A stretch of DNA of 64,000 nucleotides from Tubulanus polymorphus (lineage: Eukaryota; Animalia; Nemertea): assembly GCF_964204645.1 (NCBI RefSeq), contig NC_134026.1, positions 19,750,150 through 19,814,149 of the forward strand, read 5' to 3'. This document shows, piece by piece, positions 13,101-26,062 of this stretch. The notes under the pieces are model-generated. The model made no database searches, was not told the DNA's origin, and saw only the letters and a list, made by a program, of their open reading frames with translations. How positions within the stretch are numbered: position 1 is the first letter of the stretch; each line of letters starts with the position of its first letter. The translations under genes and the position numbers were made by a program.

Positions 13101-16100
13101 GCGCTATCTTATAAAGATGATCGAATTACTGCATGCGTCGAATTTCATTCAGATTTCTTTCGATGTAAACTAGTTGACTAACCGAAACATTGTTGTCTTC
13201 TGCTTTTTGTAGATTTTCTCATGGAAGAAGAGCCAGACCCTGAAAAAATTTTACCGAGATTACGCAGTAAGTTTCGTTTAGTGGAACTGTATCGGAATTT
13301 CAACGAAGACCCCGTGCCACTACCCGCCAGATGGCGCGCGTAACGATGGGACAATTTGATCAAAATTTTGTTCATTTTGAATCGATTGATCGTCAAGATT
13401 TTTAGCTTAAGATTAGGATGTTTATAGTTCATATAGCACAGTTTTTATTCATCAGTCATTTGAAAACAGTCTGTCGCCATCTGGTGGATCCTCAATTCTC
13501 GATTGCCACATTCGACTGCAGCGTCTTTACAATGTTTTAACAATACGATACCCGAAAACTGGATATTTCACCATCATGATCATCGTCGTTATCATCATCT
13601 ATAATGTATGATCAAAGTTCACGACACTTCGTACCTTTGATACTTCAGGTGATGACCCGAATCCTGTCATTTTTGCAATCAACAAGAATTTGTTCGTTCT
13701 AGTCAAAATCATCAACCGTAAGTATGAAAATAGTTAGAAAATTATTTGAGTTATATTGCCACTGTGACAATACAGTGAGGACGGCAAGCTATTACAGTCG
13801 GCCTTTGCTCGAAATTGACCAATCGGCATTGAGAAGCTAAGTTCTTTCACATTACCAGCCAATCAGGAACTCTGCCAGAGTGCAAATATCGAATTGGAAA
13901 TATGTTGAATCGTAGTATACTTGTAAAAGAACCGGAAGTACGAGTATATTCGTAGCTGGCAGTGAATGTTTGAATGGTGTTTGTAGGGGGATACACCCCT
14001 TAATAACTACAACTTGCAACTTGCCCTGTAGTTGATTTCATTTGCCGGCATCAAATTGAATTCATAACTCCCTCCTGACGTTGATTGTCGTTGTTGAATG
14101 CTTTGTAGTGGATTGCTGCGTAGGTCGTATATGCTGGTGTTTTACAACTCGAGGTATGTGCACGGTCGGTCAGGACGAGATCGTTATCGTACTCGAATGT
14201 CTACCCGAAGAGAAGACGATACCGCGTGACGTATTCTGCCATTTGAACACCGTCTACGAGGAAGCCAGTAAAGGTATGTATGCATTATGTCGCGGTGCCT
14301 ATGACTCCATGATTCCTTAAAAACTCTTTAATGCAAAATGTTTTTATGGGTGCTTGAAACAGCTTTTATTTCTTCGATAAGCTCCTGCTACAGAGAGTCA
14401 TATAGAGTAGCCATGCCTGGCATCAGAGTGTTAACCCAAACTGAAACTCCAGTGTAAATAGAAGTGAATGAACCCTGTTTCTTTCTAAATTTCAGGAAAT
14501 ACAGTGTCTGATCTCGGTCATACGATATTCGGCCAGAGTTTCCTCGGCAGCCGAGATCACGGCGGTTTTCTGTACATTCGTCCGACATTCCAGTGCCTGA
14601 AAAAGCTCATTCTTCCCGAGCCGCCGTACATATTCGGCATATTGTTGCAAAAGTGGGAGACGCCATGGGCGAAGGTTTTCCCGATTCGACTGATGCTACG
14701 ACTCGGCGCTGAGTATAGATGTGAGTACATGTTAATGTCTCGTGGTCGAATGCGCAACCTACAGGGCCTCCACTGGCCTTGATATCGTGGAAACCTCAGG
14801 AGATCAGAAAAATCAGGAAAAAAAAATCAGGGAAAACTCAGGGAATTTGGATAATGCTACTACTGACCATATTTTTCTTTATCAGTACGTTATTCACTAA
14901 AAAATGAATGAATTATAAACGTAGAAATTTCTCTGATTCGCTTAGGGAATTTTGTGTAGTCACATAGGTAAATCAGGGAAAAATGGAACGTGGCCATCCT
15001 GAACTGGGATGTCCAATTTCTCGGTTGTGATTTCGATGTTTGATATAATTGAGGTATTTTTGCCTAATAGAACGGACACCTGATGCCTCTCGGGGAGATG
15101 CATAATCATATTGGTCAGGAATAATAAAGTTATTGCAAAATTTTTTGAAATATTTCATAGTTATATTTCATTGTTTATTTCATAACTTAAATATTCAGTA
15201 TTCCTGGAGATGACGGTTAGGATAATTTTATCGTTTCAATCATAGAATCTTCTGGTTGATCTAGATATGAATGTCTTAATTTCAGACTATCCGTGTCCTT
15301 TGATCAGTATACGTTATCGCAACTCGATATTCGGAGAGATCGGGCACACGATCATGAACTTGCTGGCCGATTTCCGCGACTATCAGTACATGTTACCGCA
15401 AATAAAAGGCGTTGTCGTTCATATGGAGGACAAACACACGTACATCAATCTACCGCGAAATCGTTACGAAGACGTAAGTCTCACCAGATGCAGCGATTTA
15501 CCAGGTGGCCATAGTGTACGATAGGTCACTAGGGCATCGCGGTAGATCTTTTCTGAGATTCAAATGAAGGCTGGTTTCAATCAAATATATTCTGGTTTGG
15601 TAATAGCAATTCCAGATGCGGCCTTCTGTCAGGTTTACCGATAATCAGGGTGGCTGAAGTCTGCACGCCATCTATTGGGATAGGTGGTGGCACGGTGCAG
15701 TAACTGCGCTGGTTTCACTTATACAAATGGCGCCATTATTGATATTACGCCTGATTTCAGGTTATGAAAGTGATCAACAACAGTAACGACCACGTTATGG
15801 CTTTAGGAACAGGATTCAGTATTGATGCCGACTCACATCTTGTATGTATACAAAACGAGGAAGGCAATTATCAGACACAGGCAATCAATATACAGAACAA
15901 GCCTAGGAAAGGTTAGTAAACTTTGCATTTCGATTGGGTAATAAGATGCCCATAGCTCAATGCAGCTATACACCTACATCGGAGCTAAGGTCATGACCTC
16001 TTACAAGCATTCAGAATTTTTGCTGGACACAATCTCCATAAAATAGCCAGATTTTTGTAACTGAAAAAATTCTAGGGCGGCATTGGGAATGCGCCAACAG

Positions 16101-18544
16101 GCATACTGCATGGGTAATTGACTCGGTTATTAGGAGGCAGATACCTCCCTCCAATGACACCAGCCCTGTTATTATATCTATTGCAGTAAGACTCACTTGA
16201 CTAAATCATTATTTTGTCAGCTTTCCAAATGGAACTTTACACTTACTAAAATGAATTCAAAATATAAATTGGAAATGAATAGGGAAGTAGTGATGTAACG
16301 TTTTGACTCAATTCTATGAGCTATTTTCAAGATTGTCTTTGTTTTTCTTCATGATTGTCGATTTTTTCTTGAAACGAATTGTTGACATTGCCTATGGAAA
16401 CCGAGGGTTCGGCAGTATTTCTATACCCTCCGTTTGTTATTTCAGTAACCGGTGCTAGCTTTATTGTATTCAATGGTGCTTTGAAAACGAGTTCGGGATT
16501 GACGGCGAAGTCGAGTATTGTCGAGGACGGTTTGATGGTGCAGATCACCGGCGAGTCGATGATCTCGTTGAAACAAAATCTACGTGACATGAAAGACTTT
16601 CAAATCACGTGCGGCAATATCGAATCGGCCGTTCCCGACGAGACCGTTCACGTACAGTGGGTCGACGACGATAAGAACGTCAATATTGGGTGCGTAGATA
16701 CTCACGAAAAATGCCCCCAGATTGCAGAAATATCGTGAAATTTAACTATTTCTATCAACTCCAGGTTCAAAGACAGTTTTCTCTCAACTGAAATCGAGAA
16801 CTATTGAATTGGGTAAAAAGGCCAGTTGCAATGTCATGCCTTGTAGGCACGATGGTCCAAGTTTTTCATGTAGTGGTCTCGTCCGTCCAGAGTTCATTGG
16901 CAGATCTTGCCCGTAGATATGCCCCTGGTAGTTTACGAATGTTTTATCTGACTGTTTGTTATAGAATCAAGAGCCCGATCGATGGAATGCTGATGAATGG
17001 CGTCAACAGTGTTCATATACATAACGCAACTGATTATGTCGGAGAGAAGAGAACTATACGTTGGACGGAAGTGTTTTTCATTCAGGTACCGAAGTGTTAA
17101 CATCCTAAGCCAGCATTTGTAGAAAGAAATTCCATGGGCTAGATTTCGGTTAAAAATTCTTGTGTTAGAAAAGGTCAGAGGCGAGTTACACAGTTAAAGC
17201 CTGTTTTGAACGTTAACCTATCTTTCTAACAACTTTGACCACTTAATGACTGAGCATCCTTCACTAGGAAATAGGTATTTCTACTAAATTGATGAATTTT
17301 TCAACTTTTCAGGTAGAAGATTCGGGTAATTCTCGTTGCGAGCCAGTTGACTTGAGTCGGTTAGCCGAGATGCTCGCGAAAGCTGCATGCATCGCTCTCG
17401 TGCCACGGTTGAACAACTTGAAGGACACAAACATTCACAAGCTCGGCTTGCGTGTCACTATCGCCGCTGAACAGGTATTTCAAAAGTTTGAAAAATGCGT
17501 ACATATCTTTGATAGCACTCAGTGGGTCAAACTCAAGGAATAAAAAAGTTTGTTTTGAATAAAAGGGATTTTTAAGACAAAAGGATACTAGATTCACTTT
17601 TCTACTCAGAGAGTTCGTTATAGTTATAGTTATAATGACTATAAAAATGATCTTTCTATAATGCTCAATGCTGCCAATCTGCTTGCGGTGCTTTCCAGAT
17701 ATACTTCCATTAGTTGGTATAATTGCACGCAGCCCATATCTCGAATTGTGTTTCAGATATCTCTCTCTGGTGAAATGTAACACCAGCGGAGCTAAGTCTA
17801 TTAATTTTTTCCTGGGATCGATTTTTTTTGGGAAAAAGAAGACTTTTTAGCAATCCTTCAATAGAGTGTAAAATGGATATAAAAATGACGGTTTATTCAG
17901 ACTGCAAGGTTTCATTGTCGTATTGAGACCAAATTGAGGTATCTATGTGGTCAAAAGATGAAAAGAAATATCTTGCCTGGGGACACATCAATATGTACAG
18001 GTTCGAATCAATCCCTGTCTTCCCAGATTTGAAAGCTCCAACAACTCGCCTTTGCCACAGTATTGTCGAAAGAGCTAATTTTATTGATTAATCCTTTCAG
18101 TGCATCTACATGGCAGTGCGATGTATAAATTGTTTGACATAGCTAATACACCATATCAGGGTGTATTGATATTGTCAGAAATTAGTTGTTATTCGTATTT
18201 AAAGATCGCAGGACCTGTCAAACATGATGAAATATCAGCAACTAGTGATACACCGCAGGGCGGTGTAGATGCACTATAGCGGTATGCCTGTTATTCAACA
18301 TGCTAAGGTGGAATTTCTAAAAAATTTCAGATCCCCAGCACTAGTCAGCACTGAAAGTGTTTTAAAAGAAAAAATGTATTTGTTTATATAGGTCGGCTAT
18401 GAAATCGGTGCCAACGGAGAGAAACTGCCGTCCGCTTACATGAACGAATTGGACAACGAACTCATTCCGGTCATTCACAACGCCGCGTCGAACAACAACG
18501 ACAACCCGGTGACGTTGGAGCTTGTGTTTCACATACTCGAATGA
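3..18544 (+). CDS. ZFYVE9: Zinc finger FYVE domain-containing protein 9 / SARA (SARA-endofin family), 5'-partial, multi-exon
   Basis: Hand-assembled GT-AG exons with consistent phases: <3-1011, 1580-1791, 2174-2276, 6837-6980, 8673-8834, 10633-10743, 13213-13266, 13649-13717, 14109-14273, 14496-14720, 15286-15473, 15761-15911, 16446-16689, 16965-17085, 17313-17474, 18392-18544 (TGA). Motifs: FYVE, Smad-binding domain, [54 protein letters not shown]-terminal LELVFHILE. Confidence 0.93.
1580..2276 (+). CDS. ZFYVE9: FYVE zinc finger of SARA (exons 1580-1791 and 2174-2276)
   Basis: [31 protein letters not shown]|VFCSSCC...RVCQMC contains the WxxD, R+HHCR and RVC FYVE signatures. Confidence 0.95.
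2348..2523. mobile_element. Sola-like MITE (GAG...CTC termini, TATA TSD); second copy at 62242-62400
   Basis: tata|gaggtcttgca ... tgcaagacctc|tata; related sequence in the opposite orientation at 62242-62400 and a partial end near 47850-47862. Confidence 0.6.
2750..2865. mobile_element. Harbinger-like hairpin MITE, CAG TSD
   Basis: cag|gggcctgttgctc ... gagcaattggctc|cag; related copy at 51646-51759. Confidence 0.6.
2881..3599. mobile_element. Foldback/MITE with ~200-bp terminal inverted repeats built from TTTTGGCGCGCCAAAA-type units
   Basis: Left end atggtggctgataagggccatagcgtaaaattcctggtatgttaatgagggcgccagaacgcc is the near-perfect reverse complement of the right end; direct repeat agatgact at 2873-2880 and 3600-3607. 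Confidence 0.85.
4166..4371. repeat. Interspersed repeat shared with 51014-51245
   Basis: Colinear gctttcgatccccca...cagcattgatagaatattgacatccactctggtagggg...gagaacact; the end resembles a CAGTGTTCTCC-type TIR. Confidence 0.65.
5410..5518. mobile_element. Harbinger-like hairpin MITE, CAG TSD
   Basis: cag|ggcccggttttatagact...agtctataaaaccgggcc|cag; near-perfect palindrome. Confidence 0.75.
6204..6491. mobile_element. piggyBac-like MITE family (CCCTTTCAGTGC termini); other copies 9001-9366, 18092-18359, 56978-57146
   Basis: Shared internal sequence aagtgctggagataat...ccccagtgcattgaata; TTAA flanks at 18088, 56974/57147 and 9367. Confidence 0.7.
6837..6980 (+). CDS. ZFYVE9: Smad-binding-domain exon of SARA
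   Basis: [21 protein letters not shown]...[13 protein letters not shown], as recalled for the vertebrate SARA SBD; ttacag acceptor and gtaag donor. Confidence 0.93.
7014..7097. repeat. (TA)n microsatellite
   Basis: ~40 TA units with one interruption, ~33 bp downstream of the SBD exon donor. Confidence 0.95.
8975..9483. mobile_element. Triple-nested MITEs: outer GGCC-ended element, piggyBac-like element 9001-9366, inner hairpin 9039-9127
   Basis: Outer TIRs ggccgagctgcacagtcatgact / agccatgactgtgcatttggtcc, with the right arm matching ~48310-48424. Middle element matches 6204-6491. Inner element is flanked by a CTG duplication. Confidence 0.7.
10817..11842. mobile_element. Tc1/mariner(pogo)-like MITE containing nested insertions (including 10897-11101)
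   Basis: ta|cggtgaaacctctctatagtgaa ... ttcactatagggagg...gaggtttcactg inverted termini. Confidence 0.55.
12160..12472. mobile_element. PIF/Harbinger-type MITE, TTA TSD
   Basis: tta|aggcgggcgtaggtcggccttgcga ... tcgcaaggccgacctacgcccggct|tta; internal tgcgac repeats. Confidence 0.75.
12974..13026. repeat. 12-bp minisatellite (ttccgatccaac) x ~4
   Basis: Direct reading of four slightly variant units. Confidence 0.8.
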
Positions 18545-19395
18545 CGACTGCCGCCGCTGCCAGAGCGCGATGATAATGGCGTCGACGCGGCGCCCCTTTA
18601 AACGATGTCTTTCATGTAAAAAAAATATACAGCAATATGTATAGATATCAGACTGCTTCGGATTCGCTCGACGTTTCGCCGGGTTACGATCGGATTTGCT
18701 CACGAACGGCGGAAATGTCGGATTTGTACATGCTTTACACACGTATGCACGTAAAAGGGTCTTGCGCACTTTTTCGACGGGGTTACGGCATATTAGCGAT
18801 TTACATCGAAGTTCGTAAATCCCCCGATTATCTCTCGTCGTTACTGATCGGCAAATAGACTAAGACGTTACGCGCAAGGCCGCTATAAAACCGGCGGTAC
18901 ATATTTGTTTTCACTGGTATTGCTGAATACGAGTCGACTTTCTGATTAAGAAAGTCTCCGTACGCACAGTTTGGTTTCATTCGCGAGAATGATTATTGTT
19001 TCGGTAAAACCATAGTCAAATACAAGACCTAGACCCCCGCTGTTCATAGGCCGGGTTGATCATTAACAACTAACCTTCGACCTCGGTTAATACCGCCGTA
19101 ACGACGAGAAACCATGTATTAGATATGCTGATTTTTCAAAATTCCCTGGACCCTGTCTATGAAACTTTTAGCCAATTTCTTTTCAATTGGTTCTTATGGC
19201 CAATCTAATAAGTCTTATAGTTTTAAGAGGATTTTTTATGTAAACGTGTCACTGAACCCCTGTGTTGTAAACACATGTGTCTCCCGTGTATCCATTTACA
19301 TGTACGCTTCAAGGCCAGTAAATGCATGTATAGTTATTACTTACCCGTACTCGAGAAACAAAATTTCATATCTACTGGATTGAAAATACATACTA

Positions 19396-19546
19396 CAGCC
19401 AAACCCGCTTAATCCGGATCAGCTTAATCCGGATTTTAGTCATAATAATTCAGTTAATATACAAGAAATGACTTATAATCGGATTTCCCGTGAACCGGAT
19501 GAATTTTGTTGGTCCCAAATGATCTGAATTAAGCGGATTCTACTGT
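19396..19546. mobile_element. Short mariner/Tigger-like MITE
   Basis: ta|cagccaaacccgcttaatccgga ... aattaagcggattctactg imperfect inverted termini. Confidence 0.5.
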
Positions 19547-20906
19547 GGTTGAGTACGTCTGATATTGGACTTGCATGAATATTATGCCTGTTATATTACT
19601 ATGTATATCATTTTGTGCCAGATTTTTAATCCACGATAAATTTTCTGCTCATATGAATGGTGAAATTGTTAGATGAGCGAGTGTTATTAGTTGTTGAAAA
19701 TGAGGACCATATGCCTAGTAGTAAGACATTGCCGAGTAATATCTACATTCTTAGCCTCCCACATCGATAAATTGGGCAAATCGTGGCTTGATTTTAATTC
19801 ATTATTCTAAGATTTTGAAAAAATTAGCATCAGTTTTGATTGAATCTCATAAGAAATCCTATTGCTGCCTGGTGGATCCTCATTTTCCACAAGTGGAATT
19901 CTCAATTGCAGAGTCCTAGTTTTACGTTGAGTTGTTGTTGCGTTGATAGACAGTTGTTGAAATTTTGCCTGTATAGAATACCTTTCAAATGCGTAATCTA
20001 CCATTCCAAAAACAGCAGTTAAATGGACCTAATTCCAATACCTTTTACCAATCATACTCTATGATTTGTCATCGTTCTTTTTCAATTGTTAGGGTTCACA
20101 TGTTTTCAGGATTATTACCTTGGACACGAAACAAATTGATTATGAATACAAGATATTCAAAAATTCATCATCAAGACTTTCACTTAGATAGAGTAAATAT
20201 GTCTGAAGGGGATTGATTGATATCTGCAACATCCGTTGGAGCACTTTCATATTTTCCACTTAATGCAGCAGTCAGTGACAATCCTGTACGATCCACCCAG
20301 CCCCCACTGGAAAAATCTGGACATGTCAATGTCTGCGAAATAGGTCAAAATATGAGTGAATCTGCTCCGAATAAGCCAAGTCGACTGTGTATAAAGTTTT
20401 GAATGAAAATGCTTTCCGAAAAAGCTTTGTAAAATGCAGCAATCCAAGATGACATCACTAGTCGTTAGCAAATCTAATGTTAGTGATAAAAAATCATGTT
20501 CACTGATAAGCGAGTTTACCGTTAATGTGATCATGAACTAGGTCTGAATGAGTTAGCGCATTGCTCGAATACTGGATGTACGTGTGAAATACAGAAAAAG
20601 CAGTTGATATTTTGTTATTATGGAAAAACTATTTATTTCTGATAAGGCAGTGGATATTATGTCGTCTCGGCATTATCATGATTGGTTAATGACGTTGCGC
20701 ATTAAGGTGCTTGACTTCATGAAAATTTGAGGAAGCGATGCGAGAAAACAGAGCAGAAAATTCAGTATTCAAACCTGCAGCGAGCATATTGCTAGCACAA
20801 TCTAGACAACAGAGTTGTAAACTGTTGAACATTTTGACTATCTATTGGCCTATAATTCTGATCCTAACCCTAACCCTCTCCTAATCCTTATCCTAGTTAT
20901 AGTAAT

Positions 20907-20916
20907 ATTATTATTA

Positions 20917-20988
<72 letters not shown>
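20907..20988. repeat. (TTA)n microsatellite
   Basis: Direct reading; a shorter one lies at ~24397-24440. Confidence 0.95.
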
Positions 20989-21639
20989 GTATATGCACAA
21001 TGTTACCTACCTATTGTATCAACCTTCCACTACACATGACACATGTGCTCATTCATCCAATTGTCATTGGTGATGTACGCAAGAAATGTACCCTACCCGA
21101 CGAAAACTTTACCACTGCTTGTGTACATACAACATGCTAATTGCCCAAAGCTAATTTTTTAATTAGAATTTGTATAATTTGCCTCTTAAGTAATAGTACA
21201 TTTGAATCAGATTTTTATATTTTCTTGTCTCGGAAAAGGGAAGTTGGGTTTTGTTAATTTGTAAATTTAGGGCTTCTTAAGCCTTGAGGATGCTTAGGGT
21301 CGGAATATTTTTGGATTACTTGATTTTACTACGATGTTAAGTGGAATTCATATCAATTCACATTCTAGACTCATCTCTATATTATGCTTGCAATGCTCCA
21401 AAAATCGGTTATCTATTGTTCCTTGGCTGATAATATGTTACAAAGTCATATAATATAATGAAAACCATTTAATTTGCTATGTGATTCACAGTATTTTGAC
21501 CTACTTAAAAATTTTGAGATTAATATGATTTTATTACTGTACATGTCCCTATAACAGATAGTGGGTTGGATTTAGGATGTTCAGATGCCTTTGATTACCC
21601 TCGCTGCTTAATAGCTTCAAAGGTCATACATTGATTATA

Positions 21640-22051
21640 ATTGGTTCTTGGGCTTCCGTAACGAGACCCATATTTTCGTACTGTCTCTGTCTGTGTGTCT
21701 GTCTTTCAGCTACTTAGCACCGTTAATAGCAGGTCGATCTTGATGAAACTTGGGTACAATGTTAGTATGAGGGCCTGGTTGTGAAGTGCAAAAAATTGGC
21801 CCAGTGCACCACCTAGCGACAGAACTAGACACTAAACTATATTTGTCAGCGACATGACCTTGAAGATGACCTCATAACTGAGGAACTGAGTTGAAATTCA
21901 AAAAGTTGACAAAATTTCACTATCGGCCCTAGATAACTCTAGACAACATATCGAAAATGCAATGGGAACTAAGGCCTGTCCAAACGTGTATCACAGTGAT
22001 AACAAATTCAACGAGCCTGAGCTCGAGAACTGTTGTCGCCTATGGCTTGTT
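21640..22051 (+). mobile_element. Helentron/HINE-like non-autonomous element; second copy at 56279-56670 (-)
   Basis: Colinear similarity to the reverse complement of 56279-56670; (CTGT)n-like microsatellite near the 5' end; 3' end ...gagcctgagc..gagaac..tggcttgtt. Confidence 0.6.
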
Positions 22052-22376
22052 CTGATTTATTGATCACATTAAAGCCTGGCGCAAAGTCAGTGAAATTCTT
22101 GTGTTGAGGTTTTAGCTCATATGATGAAAAACTATTCCAGTGAGTAGACCGTTCACTCCGCAATGCTTCAGACTGTTACTAATAATTGCCTCAGATTGTG
22201 CCCCGGACAAAACATTTAAAATTTTCTCACTCGCCCCAATTCATCGTTATAACGACCAATCCTTGCTCTGATTACCGTGAAATTCGCGTGCCTGGGAGAG
22301 AATATATCGGATCCGAGCCAAGCAGAGTCTACAGTATCCAACACCGATAGTTTTGCCTACAGTCAAGAATGAAAGA

Positions 22377-22542
22377 CTTACTTCCTTAATCCTCTTTATC
22401 CCTACCGGGACATAAGGCCATGATGAACTACTTCCACTTGGACCGGTCCTTAGCTGTGTGTTGAGCTTGGTCCCAGATAAGACCAGTTGAAGACAGTTCA
22501 GTGGTGATGGTGCGTCTCCGTGTGGTTTTGGGGCGGCCACGA
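22377..22542 (-). mobile_element. 3' fragment of an RTE-type LINE
   Basis: Minus-strand translation RGRPKTTRRRTI...AQHTAKDRSKWK*FIMALCPGRDKED* followed by a short AAGT-type tail, the typical RTE ORF C-terminus. Confidence 0.7.
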
Positions 22543-23036
22543 CTACGTCTACCATCTTCAAAAGTGAATGAAGACTCAAAATATTGTCAGCGACGTAAAC
22601 AAGTGAGATTTTTCGTAAGTTTACTGATACCTCCACTTTGTGATCGGAGAATATTATTGTAGTGCCTTTCCGATGTATGAACTTGTGATAGTATGAGCAT
22701 TCTGAACTCCTTGGACTTGGTTGAACGAGGGGTTAAGTAAGCAATAGCGACAAAACCCAGGAATTTTGAGTTTAACCTTCAAGAAAATCTGGGTCGTGCC
22801 GGTCGGACCGGTAATCAAGTGCCGTATTTTTCTCTGAAATTTTATGAAATTATGTTCACGATGTTTTGGTGTCGAGAAAGTTTCAGAAATTTTTTGTTTC
22901 GAAGGTATTCACTATTCAACATTCAGGTGATTGTGCACAAAATTTCCACTCATTTTTAAAAGTATGATGTGCTCAATTTTGTGCTAGGCATTCCAAACAT
23001 GAACTCTAAAAATTGAATCGTTTTATTAGACTCCAC

Positions 23037-23536
23037 AGCTGCGATCACACAAACGTTTTAGGCCCGGGCCAAATAAGGGCCAGGAACAAGCGTTCATATG
23101 GGTGCCAATTGGGCCCGTGCCTATTTGGCCCGATTAGAAACGAACCAGGCCCACGAGCTTAATTGAGGCACAGGTCAAATTATCGTAATTTGCAACTGGT
23201 TCTGGAATTGTCTCACTACGCTTTGCTTAAGAGTGGTTTGTATGAGAACCCAAATTTGGCCCGGAACAACTGTTCACACGGGTGCCAAATGGGCCCGAGC
23301 CTGTTGGGACCGGGCCAAATTTGGCCCGAACCAAATTTTAGCACCGGACAAATGATTGCGTTTGAATTGCAACCGGCACTGGAAATGATCCACTCCGCTT
23401 TGTTTGAGCATTGTTTAGTGTCGAGTGAATGGTTTGCGTGTGAACCCGCTCTCTGATTAGGCACGGGCCAAATTTGGCCCGAGCCTGATCCGTGCCAATT
23501 TGACCTGGGCCAAATCGTCTCCGTTTGATCGCGGCT
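23037..23536. mobile_element. MITE with internal gggccaaat/ttggccc repeats; shorter relative at 10897-11101
   Basis: Termini agctgcgatcacac / gtttgatcgcggct; many GGGCC(AAAT) units in both orientations. Confidence 0.65.
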
Positions 23537-24408
23537 ATAGTTGGATTAGAGCTGAGAGCTGTTGAAAGAAACACTTTTCAATTTAGAAGTGACCACATCC
23601 CCTAATGGTCATCATTAGTTACATCATCGGGCAGGTGGTTATCGTCAGGAGTGACCACGTCCTACGGTATATTCCTTGATGGCCTTCCATCTTGATGGTC
23701 ATAAAAATTACTTCATCAGACTTCACTCCATTAGTCTTGACTCGCTGTCAATTCACAATAGAACTGTTTGTCAAATCTTGGAGTAATCAGAGGTTAATTC
23801 AGTCTGATTACTCCAAGGTCAAATACATGCTTCTCGCTCCCGTTCTGTGTTTTACGGCATTAAGAAAATACACACGAAAACATGTTACTCGCCCAGTATT
23901 GTGATAAGAAAATCCACGAAAACCTGAGGCGTTTTCTTTGAGGCAGCCCGATGTAAAAGTGATAATGAAAACCTACTTGCCCTTATGAAAATATACTTGT
24001 CCTGGGCAATCGGACAACTGCATAGATCGGAACCTGAATAATGTCATATGTCATGTCATATCTGGCATTTGTATTTGCTTGATCAACTAAATCGACGTAA
24101 AACCAAAGCGTAGATCAGTCGCCTCGCGAAAACGCCTCCTGTCATTTGGGACCAATGAAATTGCTCCATTTTTGTTTTATCCTCAAAAATATCATAAAAC
24201 CTCTATAAACGAAAAAATCTGTGGATCATATGTTGTTGACGGTGACTGTAGATATCAAGGTTTTAATGTGTTTTTAAATTGTGCAAATTCCCATGTATTA
24301 AATATGTTTCTGTTGCCAAAACGATTTGTAATGATTATAAGAGGAGAAACACTGTTTGTTGAAAAATATATAAATAAAGATATATTCGATTATTAATTAT
24401 TATTATCA

Positions 24409-24439
<31 letters not shown>

Positions 24440-24850
24440 TGTTTATTATTGTATTCGGGATAATTGAGAATGTACCATATAAGCCACATCTGTTTTCTAT
24501 GCTTGACTGAAAATTGTAATATATCGCGAGAAATCTTGTCTAGTCTGACTGTATGAAATAATTTCCTGAAGAATAGAATGATAATAAAAAAACACAATAT
24601 TTACTGGTTGGTTTAGAATGATATTTGCTTTATTTTCTTTTTTCTTGTCGTTTCATAGGCGATTCTCAAACTTTGGGGCATTTTGTACGCCTTTTGCCTG
24701 AAAAGTTGATTTTGTTGTATTGGCGTGGACTTAGCTCTTAATTCAAGCAGATCCCGCAGCGAGATGTTTTTTTTTTTCAATTTATCGGACCCGGTTGGGG
24801 AATGAGAAACGAGGTATGATCTTGTTGCCTAATCTATAGATTTTACTGAT

Positions 24851-26062
24851 TTTTAGCCCACTTGGGACATTAGTCCCAGCGGGCTATTGCGCTCACTTTT
24901 CGTCTGTTGTCCATCCGTTTACCTTAAACACATCTTCAGCCTAAAAACTTGCCCTGTCAGAATCAAGATGGCTGACTGGCAGCCATTGTTGTCCGCCAAA
25001 ATCAGCACTTTTTACACATTTTTGAACATTTTGAGGGAAATTGATTAATTAACTTGATCTGTCTTATATATTTGAATCCCCCAAGGGCCCATCAGCATAA
25101 GAAAAATTGGGTCGATCGGAGTCAAGATGGCCGTCCTATGACCTTTTTAGTGCCCAAAAATGTAAATTTTGGCCGAAATTCTGAGTCCTGTAGCTTCCTA
25201 CTGGTTTGCCATTTCTCATTGCAATTTGTGATGGGTATTCTTTGGAAAGGGATGTTTTATACCTGAGACAGGTATTGTTGATCAGCCAATTATGGCGCAA
25301 TTGGCGGCCATCTTGGCGTCATCAGTACTCATTCGTAGGTGGCAAAAAGTTGAATAATACATGGCATTGAATAATACAATAACTTAGTATTTCTATATTA
25401 TATTTGTATCTACGCATATTTTGTTACCACAATCGATTGCAAAGATGTAGCTCATGACATCGTCTATTTTTGTGGTGAGTTTCAAGGAAATTAGTTATTC
25501 TATATGGTCACCAGGGGGCGTTGAATAGTAGAATTACTTAGTATTTCCTTATTAGATTGGTACCTAGGGATATTTTGTTACCATGATCAATTGCAAAGTT
25601 GTAGTTCATGACATGATCTACGATTGTGGTGAGTTTCAAGGTCATTGGGTTTTGCATATGGTCACCAGGGGGCGTTGAATAGTAGAATAACTTAGTATTT
25701 CCTTATTAGATTGGTACCTAGGGATATTTTGTTACCATGATCTATTGCAAAGTTGTAGTTCATGACATGATCTACGATTGTGGTGAGTTTCAAGGTCATT
25801 GGGTTTTGCATATGGTCACCAGGGGGCGTTGAATAGTAGAATAACTTAGTATTTCCATATCAAATTGGTAACGAGGCATATTTTGTTATCACAATCAATT
25901 ACAAAATCATAGCTTCTGACATATTCTATGATTGTGGTGAGTTTCAAGGTCATTGGTTTTTGTATATGGTCACCAGGGGGCGTTGAATATTGAAATTGTT
26001 AGATTGTTGAGCATTTGAAACCGCACTTCCCAAGTGGGCATGGTGTCCCTGGACCCCTAGTT
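24851..26062 (+). mobile_element. Helentron/HINE-like element with an internal 154-bp tandem array
   Basis: Subterminal inverted repeats cccacttggga (~24857) and tcccaagtggg (~26028), 3' hairpin ggtgtccctggacccc then tagtt; marker ggtcaccagggggcgttgaata recurs at 25506, 25660, 25814 and 25968. Confidence 0.75.
25375..25990. repeat. Tandem array, ~4 x 154 bp
   Basis: Exact 154-bp spacing of the marker motif; the middle two units are nearly identical. Confidence 0.9.

Noticed and set aside
20863-20877. Telomere-like CCTAACCCTAACCCT near a TEP1 locus
   Set aside because: Only ~2.5 units grading into a microsatellite; no evidence for an interstitial telomere or telomerase RNA template.
20845-21039. 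Poly-Leu 'signal/TM peptide' ORF
   Set aside because: Translation of the (TTA)n microsatellite.
25375-25990. Regularly spaced repeat resembling a CRISPR array
   Set aside because: Whole 154-bp units repeat with no unique spacers; eukaryotic context and no cas genes.
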